From Thalassospira marina (lineage in GTDB: Bacteria; Pseudomonadota; Alphaproteobacteria; Rhodospirillales; Thalassospiraceae), in contig NZ_CP024199.1 in assembly GCF_002844375.1 (NCBI RefSeq), positions 1,297,815 through 1,329,814 of the forward strand: a stretch of DNA of 32,000 nucleotides, in the 5' to 3' direction. The notes under the pieces were generated by a model. It saw nothing but the letters and a program-made list of their open reading frames with translations, searched no databases and was not told where the DNA came from. The first letter of the stretch is position 1. Every line of letters begins with the position of its first letter. Positions 21,350 through 30,598 of the stretch are shown in pieces. The position numbers and the translations under genes are program-made.

Positions 21350-22663
21350 ATGGTATCTTTATTTGAAAGTCAGGTTGCCCGCCCGCTGGCAGACCGTTTG
21401 CGCCCCAAAAAACTGACCGAAGTTGTCGGGCAGGATCATCTTTTTGGGGATGACGGCCCGCTAACCCGCATGACACAGACGGGGCGTGTGCCTTCTGTCA
21501 TTTTGTGGGGGCCGCCTGGTTGCGGCAAAACCACACTGGCTCGCCTGATGGCCGATATTGCCGATATGGCATTTGAGCCTTTATCAGCAATTTTTTCCGG
21601 TGTTGCCGATCTGCGCAAGGTGTTTGACCGTGCACGTGGCCGCCGGGCGACCGGGGCCAGCACGCTGTTATTCGTTGATGAAATCCATCGTTTTAACAAG
21701 GCCCAGCAGGATAGTTTCCTCCCCTATGTTGAAGATGGCACCATCACCCTGATTGGTGCGACAACGGAAAACCCGTCCTTTGAGCTGAATGCCGCCCTTC
21801 TGTCGCGAAGCCAGGTTCTGGTTTTAAAACGCCTTGATGACCCGGCACTGGAAGAGCTGCTTAAACGCAGCGAAGGCGAAATGGGGTTTGACCTGCCCTT
21901 AACCGGCGAGGCCCGCACAACCCTGCGCGCCATGGCCGATGGCGACGGGCGATATCTGTTAAACATGGCTGAAGAACTGTTCATGCTGCCTGCCAGCGAT
22001 GACGGCCCCCTTGGCGTGGCAGAGCTTTCACGCGTTATTCAAAAACGCATGCCGATTTATGACAAAGGCGATGACAGCCATTACAACCTGATCAGTGCTT
22101 TGCATAAATCCGTGCGCGGGTCGGACCCGGACGCGGCCCTTTACTGGTATAACCGCATGCTGGTGGGCGGCGAGGACCCCAAATATGTTGCCCGCCGTTT
22201 ATTGCGCATGGCGATCGAGGATATTGGCCTGGCCGACCCGCAGGCACAGCAGATTTGCCTGGGGGCCTGGCAAAGTTATGAACGGCTGGGCAGCCCCGAA
22301 GGCGAACTGGCACTGGGGCAGGCGGTGATTTACCTTGCCCTGGCGCCCAAATCCAATGCCGGATACAACGCCTATAACCATTCTGCCCGCATCGCGCGCG
22401 ATACCGGCTCGCTAACACCTCCGGCCCATATCCTGAATGCCCCAACAAAGCTGATGAAGGAAATTGGCTATGGTCAGGGCTATGCCTATGACCATGATCA
22501 GGAAGATGGTTTTTCCGGGCAGAATTACTTTCCCGAAGGCATGCGCCGGCAACAGTTTTATGACCCGGTGGAACGTGGCTTTGAACGCGACTTGCGCAAA
22601 CGGGTGGATTATTTCGCCAAATTGCGCCGCGAACGCCAGAAAAAATGTGGTGAAACGGATTAG
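21350..22663 (+). CDS. rarA: Replication-associated recombination protein A / MgsA AAA+ ATPase
   Basis: LADRLRPKKLTEVVGQDHLFG; Walker A LWGPPGCGKTTLARLMA; Walker B TLLFVDEIHRFNKAQQDSFLPYVEDGTITLIGATTENPSFELNAALLSR. Confidence 0.96.
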   Translation: MVSLFESQVARPLADRLRPKKLTEVVGQDHLFGDDGPLTRMTQTGRVPSVILWGPPGCGKTTLARLMADIADMAFEPLSAIFSGVADLRKVFDRARGRRATGASTLLFVDEIHRFNKAQQDSFLPYVEDGTITLIGATTENPSFELNAALLSRSQVLVLKRLDDPALEELLKRSEGEMGFDLPLTGEARTTLRAMADGDGRYLLNMAEELFMLPASDDGPLGVAELSRVIQKRMPIYDKGDDSHYNLISALHKSVRGSDPDAALYWYNRMLVGGEDPKYVARRLLRMAIEDIGLADPQAQQICLGAWQSYERLGSPEGELALGQAVIYLALAPKSNAGYNAYNHSARIARDTGSLTPPAHILNAPTKLMKEIGYGQGYAYDHDQEDGFSGQNYFPEGMRRQQFYDPVERGFERDLRKRVDYFAKLRRERQKKCGETD

Positions 22664-22765
22664 TCCGTTTTGGGAAACAAATATGTGCGTAGTCAGTGGA
22701 TAGTCCTGAATATGGAAATTGATATGGTGACGCCATAATAACCCATTCAGACTGGAGACTCTTTC

Positions 22766-23371
22766 ATGAGCACCATTTTGCACATTGATCCGTCCGTAAA
22801 CGGTGAAAATTCCAAAAGCCGCCAGCTTGCCCTGAAACTGATCGAGCGCATGAAAGCTGCTGATCCGTCGGCAACCGTTACCTCGCGCGTGCTTGATGCC
22901 AATGTCGCACCGGCCATCAATGGCGATGTCGTTGGCGCCTATTACACCCCGGCTGACAGCCGCAACGATGCACAGAAGGCCCTTCTGGCAACATCCGATA
23001 CGCTGGTTGCCGAACTGCAGGCTGCTGATGCCGTTGTCATCGGTGTGCCGATGTATAACTTCGCCATTCCTTCCACGCTGAAAGCCTGGAACGACATGGT
23101 TGCCCGCGTTGGCGTCACCTTCAATTACACCGAAAACGGCCCGGTTGGCGCCCTTGGTGGCAAGAAGGCATATCTGGTTGTTTCCACCGGCGGCGTTCCG
23201 GTAAACAGCCCGGCTGATTTCGCAACCCCGTATATGAAACAGTTCCTGGCATTCCTTGGCATTACCGATGTCACCGTGATCGAAGCTTCGGGCTTTGCCG
23301 TTGATGCCGATAAGGCAATGGCGTCGGGTCTGGCCGGTGTTGAAGCCGCCGAACTGCCCAAAGCAGCCTGA
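22766..23371 (+). CDS. azoR: FMN-dependent NADH:quinone oxidoreductase / azoreductase
   Basis: MSTILHIDPSVNGENSKSRQLALKLIERM; VVIGVPMYNFAIPSTLKAWNDMVARVGVTFNYTENGPVGALGGKKAYLVVSTGG. Confidence 0.93.
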   Translation: MSTILHIDPSVNGENSKSRQLALKLIERMKAADPSATVTSRVLDANVAPAINGDVVGAYYTPADSRNDAQKALLATSDTLVAELQAADAVVIGVPMYNFAIPSTLKAWNDMVARVGVTFNYTENGPVGALGGKKAYLVVSTGGVPVNSPADFATPYMKQFLAFLGITDVTVIEASGFAVDADKAMASGLAGVEAAELPKAA

Positions 23372-23435
23372 TCTTTCGGACTACGCATAATGTAACGTAT
23401 ATCCCCGCTTTTCCCCCCTGCGTTGCATTTGATGA

Positions 23436-23474
23436 AAAAGACCGGTGCGCTCTGCGTATCGGTCTTTTAATTTT
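23436..23474 (+). terminator. Probable terminator downstream of azoR
   Basis: AAAAGACCG (23436-23444) / CGGTCTTTT (23460-23468), then AATTTT. Confidence 0.6.
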
Positions 23475-23585
23475 GCGATTACAGTAGTTTAATATCTTTC
23501 GGATATATCGGGCTATCTGGCACAGTGTAACACACACGGTGGAGCATAGGCTGCCATCCACGGGGAAGAGTACAAGGGGAAGCAA

Positions 23586-24110
23586 GTGTCGCGTTTTGTG
23601 ATGCTGATCATGTGGTTTATCGCGGTCGTAGGCCTGACATTCGCAGGTGTGCGATTCAGCGGGCTGCTTGATTCCATGCTGCCACCCGGCGAGCCGGAAA
23701 TTACCCGCTTTTCCCCGGAAATGACACTTCCGGCACAGCCCAATTTTTATCTGGTCTGTGGCGGGGGCCATTGCCCACCCGCCATTCGCAAGGTCGAAAG
23801 CCCGGTTTTCCCGGTCAGCGCCGCCCAGCTTTTCAGTCGCATCGAAGAACTGGCTGCTGGCATGGGCGGAAAGGTCACCTTCCGCAATGGCGAAACCCTG
23901 CATATCCGTTTTGTGGTGCGAAGCCCCATTTTCCGCTTTCCCGACTGGGTTGATCTGCAGGCCTCCCCGGTCGAGGATAATACCAGCCAGCTTCTGGCCT
24001 ATAGCCGTTCGGTCTATGGTGCGGATGATTTTGGTGCCAATGAAAAACGCCTGAAAAAATTCATCGCTCAGCTTTCCGCCCTGACCGCTGGTGCCAGGGC
24101 CAGCCAGTAA
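23586..24110 (+). CDS. DUF1499-like membrane-anchored protein
   Basis: N-terminal TM helix; SPIFRFPDWVDLQ...LLAYSRSVYGADDFGANEKRLKKFIAQL resembles the DUF1499 core (from memory of the family). Confidence 0.7.
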   Translation: MSRFVMLIMWFIAVVGLTFAGVRFSGLLDSMLPPGEPEITRFSPEMTLPAQPNFYLVCGGGHCPPAIRKVESPVFPVSAAQLFSRIEELAAGMGGKVTFRNGETLHIRFVVRSPIFRFPDWVDLQASPVEDNTSQLLAYSRSVYGADDFGANEKRLKKFIAQLSALTAGARASQ

Positions 24111-24428
24111 CCTGATTGCCCTTGCATTGCGCCGGCATTGGCGTGGTTGACCGGGTAAAATGCGCTGTTTTGGGTGATAATTGCCTTAAATGATGGTGAA
24201 AAGTGGCCTTTGAGGCGTTTCAGGCACGGATTTGGGATGTCAATATTGCCTGAAAGCCTGTCCTCTGTTACATCCGGGGCCTGCCTTTTCTGATGTAACC
24301 GTCTTTCCGGCCTGAAATGACACGGCGAGGGGACGGCAATTTCATTTCATTTGATCCGTGCGAAGGCGCGCATCGCCCGTGCGGTTTTCGCATGTGACAT
24401 TTGAACAATGAAGGACTAGCTTCCCGCC

Positions 24429-24821
24429 ATGCAATTTTCACCGATCATTTTTGCCTGTGTCGCCCTGGGCGGGGCATTGGGCGCCATGTCGCGCTATGTC
24501 GTTTCCGGCTGGATGAATTCGCTGATGGGGCATGGCTTCCCGTGGGGAACATTCACGGTCAATATTGTCGGCTCGTTCATCATGGGGCTGGTAATTGAAC
24601 TGGGCGCCCTTAAATTTTCCATCGGGCCGGAAATACGTGCCATCATAATTACCGGGTTTTTGGGGGCGTTTACGACGTTTTCCACTTTTTCCCTGGATGT
24701 GGCGACGCTATATGAACGCGGCAGTTTTGCGCTGGCGGCCCTTTATGTGACAGTTTCGGTGTTTGTCGGCATTTCCGCCCTGTTTGGGGCAATGGCATTA
24801 GTACGAGGAGCCGTCCAATGA
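24429..24821 (+). CDS. crcB: Fluoride exporter CrcB/Fluc
   Basis: GGALGAMSRYVVSGWMNSL..HGFPWGTFTVNIVGSFIMGL..., TGFLGAFTTFSTFSLD; four predicted TM segments. Confidence 0.96.
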   Translation: MQFSPIIFACVALGGALGAMSRYVVSGWMNSLMGHGFPWGTFTVNIVGSFIMGLVIELGALKFSIGPEIRAIIITGFLGAFTTFSTFSLDVATLYERGSFALAALYVTVSVFVGISALFGAMALVRGAVQ

Positions 24822-25888
24822 GCGGTGTTACCCTGCGCCGGGTCAAGGCAGACGAGGCGGAAACACGCCTGGATCGCTGGTTCAAGCGCAATTGCCCTGA
24901 ATTTACCTTTGGCCAGGTGCAGAAATTTCTGCGCGGCGGCCAGATCCGTGTGGATGGCAAACGTGCCAAGGCCAACCAGCGCCTGGAACCGGGCCAGGAA
25001 ATTCGCGTGCCACCCGTGCCTGTAATGTCGGGCGGGGGCGAAGCACCCTGGCAGGATGGTTCCTATGAACCACGCGCCAAAACCGGCCCGTCACGCATTG
25101 ATGCCAGCGAGGACGACCTGCAGGCATTGCGCGATTCCGTGCTGTTTTATGACGAAGTTGTCCTGGCAATTAACAAACCCGCCGGTCTGGCTGTGCAGGG
25201 CGGGACCAATACCGCCCTTCATATCGATGGCATGCTGGATGCCCTGAAGCTTGACAGCAAGGAACGCCCCAAACTGGTGCACCGCCTTGATAAGGACACC
25301 AGCGGTGTGCTGCTGCTGGCCCGTTCGGCATCTGCTGCGGCGGCCCTGACGCGCGCGTTTAAGGATAAAACCACGCGCAAGCTTTATTGGGCGCTGGTTG
25401 CAGGCGCACCTGCCGAACGCGAAGGCCTGATTGACGCACCGCTGGCAAAGCAGGGCGGCAAGGGCGGCGAAAAAATGGTAATCGATGAAAAGCAGGGTAA
25501 AACCGCACAAACGGTGTACCGGCAGCTTGCCCGCGCCGGGCACAAGGCCGCCTGGCTGGCATTATCACCGCTAACCGGCCGTACCCACCAGCTTCGCGCC
25601 CATACCGAGGCCATTGGCTGCCCGATTATTGGCGATGGCAAATATGGCGGGGCAAAAGCCTTTCGCGACGGTCTGGCAAACCAGATGCATCTGCATGCCC
25701 GTGCAATTGATTTCCCGCATCCCGTTACCGGGCATCGCGTGGTGATCGAGGCACCGGTGCCCCCGCATTTCGCCGAAAGCCTGAAAACGCTGAATTTCGA
25801 TCCGAAAACTTTGACGAAGTTTTTGACGCCTGAAATTCACCGTGAAAAAGAAAAGAAACCTGCCCGCCGCGAAAGCTCCCGGCGCTAG
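24818..25888 (+). CDS. RluA-family 23S rRNA pseudouridine synthase (RluC/RluD-like)
   Basis: S4-like N-terminal domain; HRLDKDTSGVLLLARS catalytic motif; SPLTGRTHQLRAHTEAIGCPIIGDGKYGG; 4-nt ATGA overlap with crcB. Confidence 0.95.
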   Translation: MSGVTLRRVKADEAETRLDRWFKRNCPEFTFGQVQKFLRGGQIRVDGKRAKANQRLEPGQEIRVPPVPVMSGGGEAPWQDGSYEPRAKTGPSRIDASEDDLQALRDSVLFYDEVVLAINKPAGLAVQGGTNTALHIDGMLDALKLDSKERPKLVHRLDKDTSGVLLLARSASAAAALTRAFKDKTTRKLYWALVAGAPAEREGLIDAPLAKQGGKGGEKMVIDEKQGKTAQTVYRQLARAGHKAAWLALSPLTGRTHQLRAHTEAIGCPIIGDGKYGGAKAFRDGLANQMHLHARAIDFPHPVTGHRVVIEAPVPPHFAESLKTLNFDPKTLTKFLTPEIHREKEKKPARRESSRR

Positions 25889-25900
25889 GCTTTGAAAATC

Positions 25901-25950
25901 AACCCACCGGCAGGGCTGCCTTTTGGTGCCTGGCCGGTGGGTTTTATTTT
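25901..25950 (+). terminator. Terminator downstream of pseudouridine synthase gene
   Basis: 11-bp stem AACCCACCGGC (25901-25911) / GCCGGTGGGTT (25933-25943), then TTATTTT. Confidence 0.8.
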
Positions 25951-25963
25951 GCCGGTTATTTCC

Positions 25964-26221
25964 CTAGTGGGTGAAACGGGCAATAAAGGCCTTGTGGATG
26001 CAGCGCAGATGCGTGGCATGAACCTCCATGCCGCACAGGTCGCATTCCCGGGCGCGTTTCAGCAGCATATTGGCAATCTGCTGGCGTCCATGTGCGCTAT
26101 GAACCAGATTTTCGCCTTCTTCCAGCGCACTAATGATCGGAATATGTTCGCATTCGGCAATAGCGCAGATTTCGTCTTCGTTAAGATCGCTAAAGTCGAA
26201 GCAGTCTTTCAGGGTTAGCAT
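25964..26221 (-). CDS. Small Cys-rich hypothetical protein (85 aa)
   Basis: MLTLKDCFDFSDLNEDEICAIAECEHIPIISALEEGENLVHSAHGRQQIANMLLKRARECDLCGMEVHATHLRCIHKAFIARFTH; GAGG SD-like sequence before the ATG. Confidence 0.75.
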   Translation of the reverse strand: MLTLKDCFDFSDLNEDEICAIAECEHIPIISALEEGENLVHSAHGRQQIANMLLKRARECDLCGMEVHATHLRCIHKAFIARFTH

Positions 26222-26482
26222 GGTTTCCTCCCCTCGCTTTCGGGGCCGCTCCCAATTGTATTATATATTTCTAATGAATTACAGCGTGTGAAATTGCCCT
26301 TTGGGTTGAAGGGGTTGTGCGCAGTCTTCCGGCTTCGGTTCTTTTCGCGCGAAGACTCGGCGAAAATACCGCTTTGGGCTGGACCAACCGGGCTTCGCAC
26401 GCTACCTGTTATCGGATTGATTGAAGGATAGACGATAGGGTGCCATGTAAAGGCATGGCCGCACACAATACAGGGTTTGTGA

Positions 26483-27181
26483 ATGACAACGGATTTGCTG
26501 CGACTTGTGATTTTTGACTGCGACGGAACCCTGGTAGACAGCCAGCACGCCATTGCCCACTGCATGGATCACGCTTTTGCCGAACATGGCCTGGATTGCC
26601 CGGGCCTGGAAAAAACCCGCACCATTATCGGGCTAAGCCTGCCCGAAGCCATCACCCAGCTTGCACGTCCTGCAATGCTTGATGCCACCCTGATTGATGC
26701 GGTCACCAACAGCTACAAGTCCGCCTTTTTCACCCTGCGTCAAAGCCCCGATTTTTTTGAACCCCTGTTTCCCGGCGTCATGGAAGTGATCGACAGCCTG
26801 GATCAGCGCGGCTGGCTTTCGGGTGTGGCAACAGGCAAGGCACGGCGTGGTCTGGATGCGGTGCTTGATCGCAACAATCTTTCACGCCGTTTTGTAACGC
26901 TTCAGACTTGCGATAACCACCCCTCGAAGCCACATCCTTCGATGCTGGAAGCCGCAATGAACGAAACGGGCACCGACCCGCGCAATTGCGCCATGATCGG
27001 CGATACCACCTATGACATCGAAATGGGCCGGGCGGCAGGCATGCTGTCCATCGGTGTTGCCTGGGGCTATCACGACCGTGAAAAGCTTGAAGGCGCTGGC
27101 GCCCACGCTGTTATCGACCATTTTGACCAGCTACCCGCAATTTTGGACGAGTTATGGAAATCGGCCGAACAACCGGCCTGA
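26483..27181 (+). CDS. HAD-superfamily hydrolase, phosphoglycolate phosphatase-like
   Basis: VIFDCDGTLVDSQHAI motif I, SGVATGKARRGL motif II, KPHPSML and AMIGDTTYDIEMGRAAG motifs III/IV. Confidence 0.92.
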   Translation: MTTDLLRLVIFDCDGTLVDSQHAIAHCMDHAFAEHGLDCPGLEKTRTIIGLSLPEAITQLARPAMLDATLIDAVTNSYKSAFFTLRQSPDFFEPLFPGVMEVIDSLDQRGWLSGVATGKARRGLDAVLDRNNLSRRFVTLQTCDNHPSKPHPSMLEAAMNETGTDPRNCAMIGDTTYDIEMGRAAGMLSIGVAWGYHDREKLEGAGAHAVIDHFDQLPAILDELWKSAEQPA

Positions 27182-27196
27182 GGCAAAGAAAAAGAT

Positions 27197-27694
27197 ATGA
27201 CCGAAGAAAACTTCACCGCTGACGGGCAGGATATGGCCCTTCTGGACCCGGTAACTGTTGAAATCACTGTCCCGCGCGATCCCGAAGCTGCCTTTATCGC
27301 CTTTACCGAAGGATTTAGCGAATGGTGGCCGCGGGCAACCCACACCATTTCACGCGAGGAATGCACCGGCATTAAAATGCATCCCGGTCTTGGCGGTGAA
27401 ATTATCGAAACGGCACGGGGCCGTGACCCGCAAATCTGGGGTAAAATCGAAATCTGGCTGCCGGGCGAACAGGTTGCCTTTACCTGGCATCCGGGTTGGG
27501 ATGCCGGCGATTACACCCGTGTCAGTGTCAGCTTTGATCAAAATGCCTTTGGCCATTGCGTGGTCAAACTGGTGCATTGGGAATGGGAAAATCTTGGCGA
27601 AATCGCCAATGCCGTGCGTGATGGTTATGTCACTGGCTGGCAGCAGGTCTTTGGCGAGGTTTTCGCCACCTATTTGCGCCGGGGCAAAAAATAA
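27197..27694 (+). CDS. SRPBCC / AHSA1-like domain protein
   Basis: VTVEITVPRDPEAAFIAFTEGFSEWWPRATHTIS...GGEIIETARGRDPQIWGKIEIWLPGEQVAFTWHPG...VKLVHWEWE. Confidence 0.85.
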   Translation: MTEENFTADGQDMALLDPVTVEITVPRDPEAAFIAFTEGFSEWWPRATHTISREECTGIKMHPGLGGEIIETARGRDPQIWGKIEIWLPGEQVAFTWHPGWDAGDYTRVSVSFDQNAFGHCVVKLVHWEWENLGEIANAVRDGYVTGWQQVFGEVFATYLRRGKK

Positions 27695-27730
27695 CCTGTC
27701 GGCATCAGGCGCTAAAGCCTTTTAAAGATC

Positions 27731-27771
27731 AACAGGCCGGTGGAAATATATCCACCGGCCTGTTTGTTTTT
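27731..27771. terminator. Terminator between convergent genes
   Basis: Perfect 14-bp stem AACAGGCCGGTGGA (27731-27744) / TCCACCGGCCTGTT (27751-27764), 6-nt loop, then TGTTTTT on the plus strand. Confidence 0.9.
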
Positions 27772-27842
27772 GTAATGGCGCAGGTTCGGGGCAATGGTCC
27801 CCGTTTGGACGGGGCTGTTTGCGGCCCGCCGCGTCATGTGCC

Positions 27843-28457
27843 TTACAGCAGGCCACGTTCCATCAAATCCCGGCGCAGGCGGGTCGGGTCTCGGAACCAA
27901 TGGGTGGCAAAGCCCATTTCGCGTGCCTGCTGAATGTTCTTTTCAGAATCATCAATAAACAGCGTCGTTTTGGGATCAAAGCCAAACCGGCTGGCCGTCA
28001 GTTCGAAAATGCGCGGGTCGGGTTTGGCCAGTTTTTCCTGCCCCGAAACCAGAATTCCCTCAAAGCTTTGCAAAAACGCAAACCGCTCCAGCGCATGTGG
28101 CCAAGTCTGATGTGACCAGTTGGTCAAGGCATATAAATGAACTTCGTTTTTGCGTTTAAGTTCCTCAAGCAGGCGTTCGGTGCCCAAAATGGAACCTGCC
28201 AGCATTTCCGGCCAGCGATCGCGCCAGGCGGCAATCTGGTCGTGATATTTGGGGTGGCGGTGCTGTTGCTCGGGGATGGAATTTTCAAATTCCAGCGTCG
28301 CCTTGTCATGCAGAAAATTCCAGTGCGGGTGGCACACTTCGGCCAGGAAATATTCCATTTCGGCGGCATCGCTGAAAATCTTGCGATACAGGTGGCGCGG
28401 GTCCCAATCAACCAGCACACCGCCCAGATCAAACAGCACTGTTTTAATTTCCTGCAT
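27843..28457 (-). CDS. HAD-superfamily hydrolase (haloacid dehalogenase-like, YihX type)
   Basis: MQEIKTVLFDLGGVLVDWDPRHLYRKIF...LYALTNWSHQTWPHA...LAKPDPRIFE...LFIDDSEKNIQQAREMGFATHWF. ATG at 28457 chosen over the upstream in-frame start at 28493. Confidence 0.93.
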   Translation of the reverse strand: MQEIKTVLFDLGGVLVDWDPRHLYRKIFSDAAEMEYFLAEVCHPHWNFLHDKATLEFENSIPEQQHRHPKYHDQIAAWRDRWPEMLAGSILGTERLLEELKRKNEVHLYALTNWSHQTWPHALERFAFLQSFEGILVSGQEKLAKPDPRIFELTASRFGFDPKTTLFIDDSEKNIQQAREMGFATHWFRDPTRLRRDLMERGLL

Positions 28458-28853
28458 GTTTTCCTGCTCTTGGTTTGTGTTTATGGCGCCCACACTAGGG
28501 AAATTCGCCTGTAATTAAAAGTTGTCAAATCATGTCATGGGCGTTTCCGCCGGGCTTGGCCTGCATTTGCGTGTCTGGCGGTTGGGCAGGGGTGAAACTG
28601 TTCACACTGCGGATGGTTGCGGGCAGGTGCCCTTGGGCGCGGTTTTCCTGCAAATCGGGCATTTTTGGTGTTGCGGCACCAATATCATGACAGGACTGTG
28701 ATTTGCCATTTGCAACCGGCTGGGGAAGGATTTTGCCGAATGCAGCTTTAGTCGGGGTGGGGTGCAAATCGGCATTGGGGACAAACAATTACGCCCCTGA
28801 TGTTGCCCATATACGCAGCCACGCCGCATCAAACCAAAAATCAGGAGGCTTGG

Positions 28854-29678
28854 ATGTGTACGCTTGACGGATGTGGATCACATGATCATTTGGGGCCGCC
28901 GCCAAAGGCAACAGATCAGGAACGACGCCTGTTTTTAAAAGGGCTGGCTGTTTTGCCGCTGGCAGTGGTGCTGGCCGATCCGATCCTGGCCCACGCCGCT
29001 GCCGAAACCCTGAAAAAGGTGACCATTACCGCGCCAACCGGTGAAACGATGGTTGCCGAAGTTATTTTGCCTGCCACCCTGCCGGCACCTGCCGTGCTGT
29101 TGATCCATGAATGGTGGGGGCTGAACGACCAGATCCGCGCAACCGCTGCCGAATATGCCAATCAGGGCTTTATCGCCCTAGCGGTTGATCTGTATGGCAA
29201 ACCTGCGGCCACAACGGCGGATGGAGCAAAATCGCTGATGTCATCGGTGGACCCGGTGGCGGCAACATCAAAGCTGAAAGCATCGGTTGCCTATTTGAAA
29301 GACCATAAGGATTGCACCGGCAAGGTGGGCGTTGTGGGCTGGTGTTTTGGTGGCGGATGGTCGCTGAATACCGCCCTTGCGACGGATATTGATGCCTGCG
29401 TCATTTATTATGGCAATGTCGCGAAAACCCCGCAGCAACTGGCAAGCCTGAACGCGCCGGTGATGGGGCATTTCGGCACCCTCGACCAGAATATCAATAA
29501 GGCCATGGTTGGCGGGTTCGAGGAATCCTTAAAACAGGCAGGCAAAACCGACTATCAGATTTTCTGGTACGAGGCGAACCACGCCTTCGCCAATCCCACG
29601 GGTGGCCGTTATGACGCCGAAGATGCCAAGCTTGCCTGGGAACGTACCCTGGGCTTCTTCAAGGAACATCTTGCCTGA
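28854..29678 (+). CDS. Dienelactone hydrolase family protein with Tat-type signal
   Basis: ERRLFLKGLAVLPLAVVLADPILAHA twin-arginine signal; VLLIHEWWGLNDQIR; catalytic Cys in GWCFGGGWS; Asp/His region FGTLDQN...YEANHAFANPTGGRYD. SD CAGGAGG upstream of the ATG. Confidence 0.93.
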   Translation: MCTLDGCGSHDHLGPPPKATDQERRLFLKGLAVLPLAVVLADPILAHAAAETLKKVTITAPTGETMVAEVILPATLPAPAVLLIHEWWGLNDQIRATAAEYANQGFIALAVDLYGKPAATTADGAKSLMSSVDPVAATSKLKASVAYLKDHKDCTGKVGVVGWCFGGGWSLNTALATDIDACVIYYGNVAKTPQQLASLNAPVMGHFGTLDQNINKAMVGGFEESLKQAGKTDYQIFWYEANHAFANPTGGRYDAEDAKLAWERTLGFFKEHLA

Positions 29679-29714
29679 TCTGATGCTGATGCCATCCGGG
29701 ATTTAACCAGTTAA

Positions 29715-29754
29715 AACGGGCCTGCGAAACCAGTCGCAGGCCCGTTATTTTGTT
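29715..29754. terminator. Terminator between convergent dienelactone hydrolase and ABC permease genes
   Basis: Perfect 13-bp stem AACGGGCCTGCGA (29715-29727) / TCGCAGGCCCGTT (29734-29746), then ATTTTGTTT. Confidence 0.88.
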
Positions 29755-29810
29755 TGCGCGCCCGGGTTAATACAGGCGGCGATGCTGGCTGATATGTGCT
29801 TTGCCGCAGT

Positions 29811-30581
29811 CTAGCCGTTCGGATTGGCGCGGTTGGCCCAGCGGGTGGACCGGCGTTCGACGATGTTGAAAAATTCATACATCAGAATGCCCATCACCGC
29901 GATTACCAGCAAACCGGCAAAAACCAGCGGCATGTTGAATTTCGATGATGCCGACAGCATCAGATAACCAACACCGATATTCGATGCCACCGTTTCCGAA
30001 ATCACCGAACCGACAAAAGCCAGCGTAATGGCGACCTTCAGGGATGCAAAGAAATAGGGCAGGGCGCGCGGAAAGCCCACCTTGAACAGGATATCGGTGC
30101 GCGTCGCGCCAAGGGATCGCAGCACATCGCGCAATTCCGGTTCCAGGGTGGCAAGGCCGGTTGCCACATTCACCACGATCGGGAAGAACGAAATGATAAA
30201 GGCGGTAATAACCGCTGGCACCGTGCCAATGCCAAACCACATCACCAGCACGGGCACCAGTGCAACCTTGGGGACCGAATTGAACCCGACCAGAATGGGG
30301 TTGGCCGCCGTATAAATCGCCCGGCTGGACCCGACAAGTGCGCCCAGCAACACACCAAATACAACCGCAATCGCAAAGCCGAATACGGTTGTATAAAGCG
30401 TTTGCGCGGCATGCATCCAGATGGCGGCGCGAAATTTCCACGCGGCCTCAAGGCTGGCCGACGGGGTGGGCAAAACATAGTCCGGAATATGAAACAGCCG
30501 CACGATACCTTCCCATAACAGGAAAAGGACAATCGCGCTGATCCACGGGGTGGCCCGGCTTTGAAGGGTGCGTTTGGTCAT
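29811..30581 (-). CDS. ABC transporter permease (NitT/TauT/SsuC-like)
   Basis: 256 aa, multi-TM; VRLFHIPDYVLPTPSASLEA; permease EAA-type segment VLRSLGATRTDILFKVGFPRALPYFFASLKVAI; VIYAPVV-like ISETVASNIGVGYLM. Confidence 0.94.
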   Translation of the reverse strand: MTKRTLQSRATPWISAIVLFLLWEGIVRLFHIPDYVLPTPSASLEAAWKFRAAIWMHAAQTLYTTVFGFAIAVVFGVLLGALVGSSRAIYTAANPILVGFNSVPKVALVPVLVMWFGIGTVPAVITAFIISFFPIVVNVATGLATLEPELRDVLRSLGATRTDILFKVGFPRALPYFFASLKVAITLAFVGSVISETVASNIGVGYLMLSASSKFNMPLVFAGLLVIAVMGILMYEFFNIVERRSTRWANRANPNG

Positions 30582-30598
30582 GGTCTTTGCCCTTTCGC

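Noticed and set aside
24111-24428. Possible fluoride (crcB) riboswitch upstream of crcB
   Set aside because: I could not find the conserved GGNGATGG / AACCGCC / CTGATG-type blocks by eye. A covariance-model search would be needed for certainty.
28525-28832. Two overlapping minus-strand ORFs upstream of the dienelactone hydrolase
   Set aside because: Different frames over the same DNA, Pro/His/Gln-rich compositions, no convincing RBS or domain. Most likely non-coding divergent intergenic DNA.
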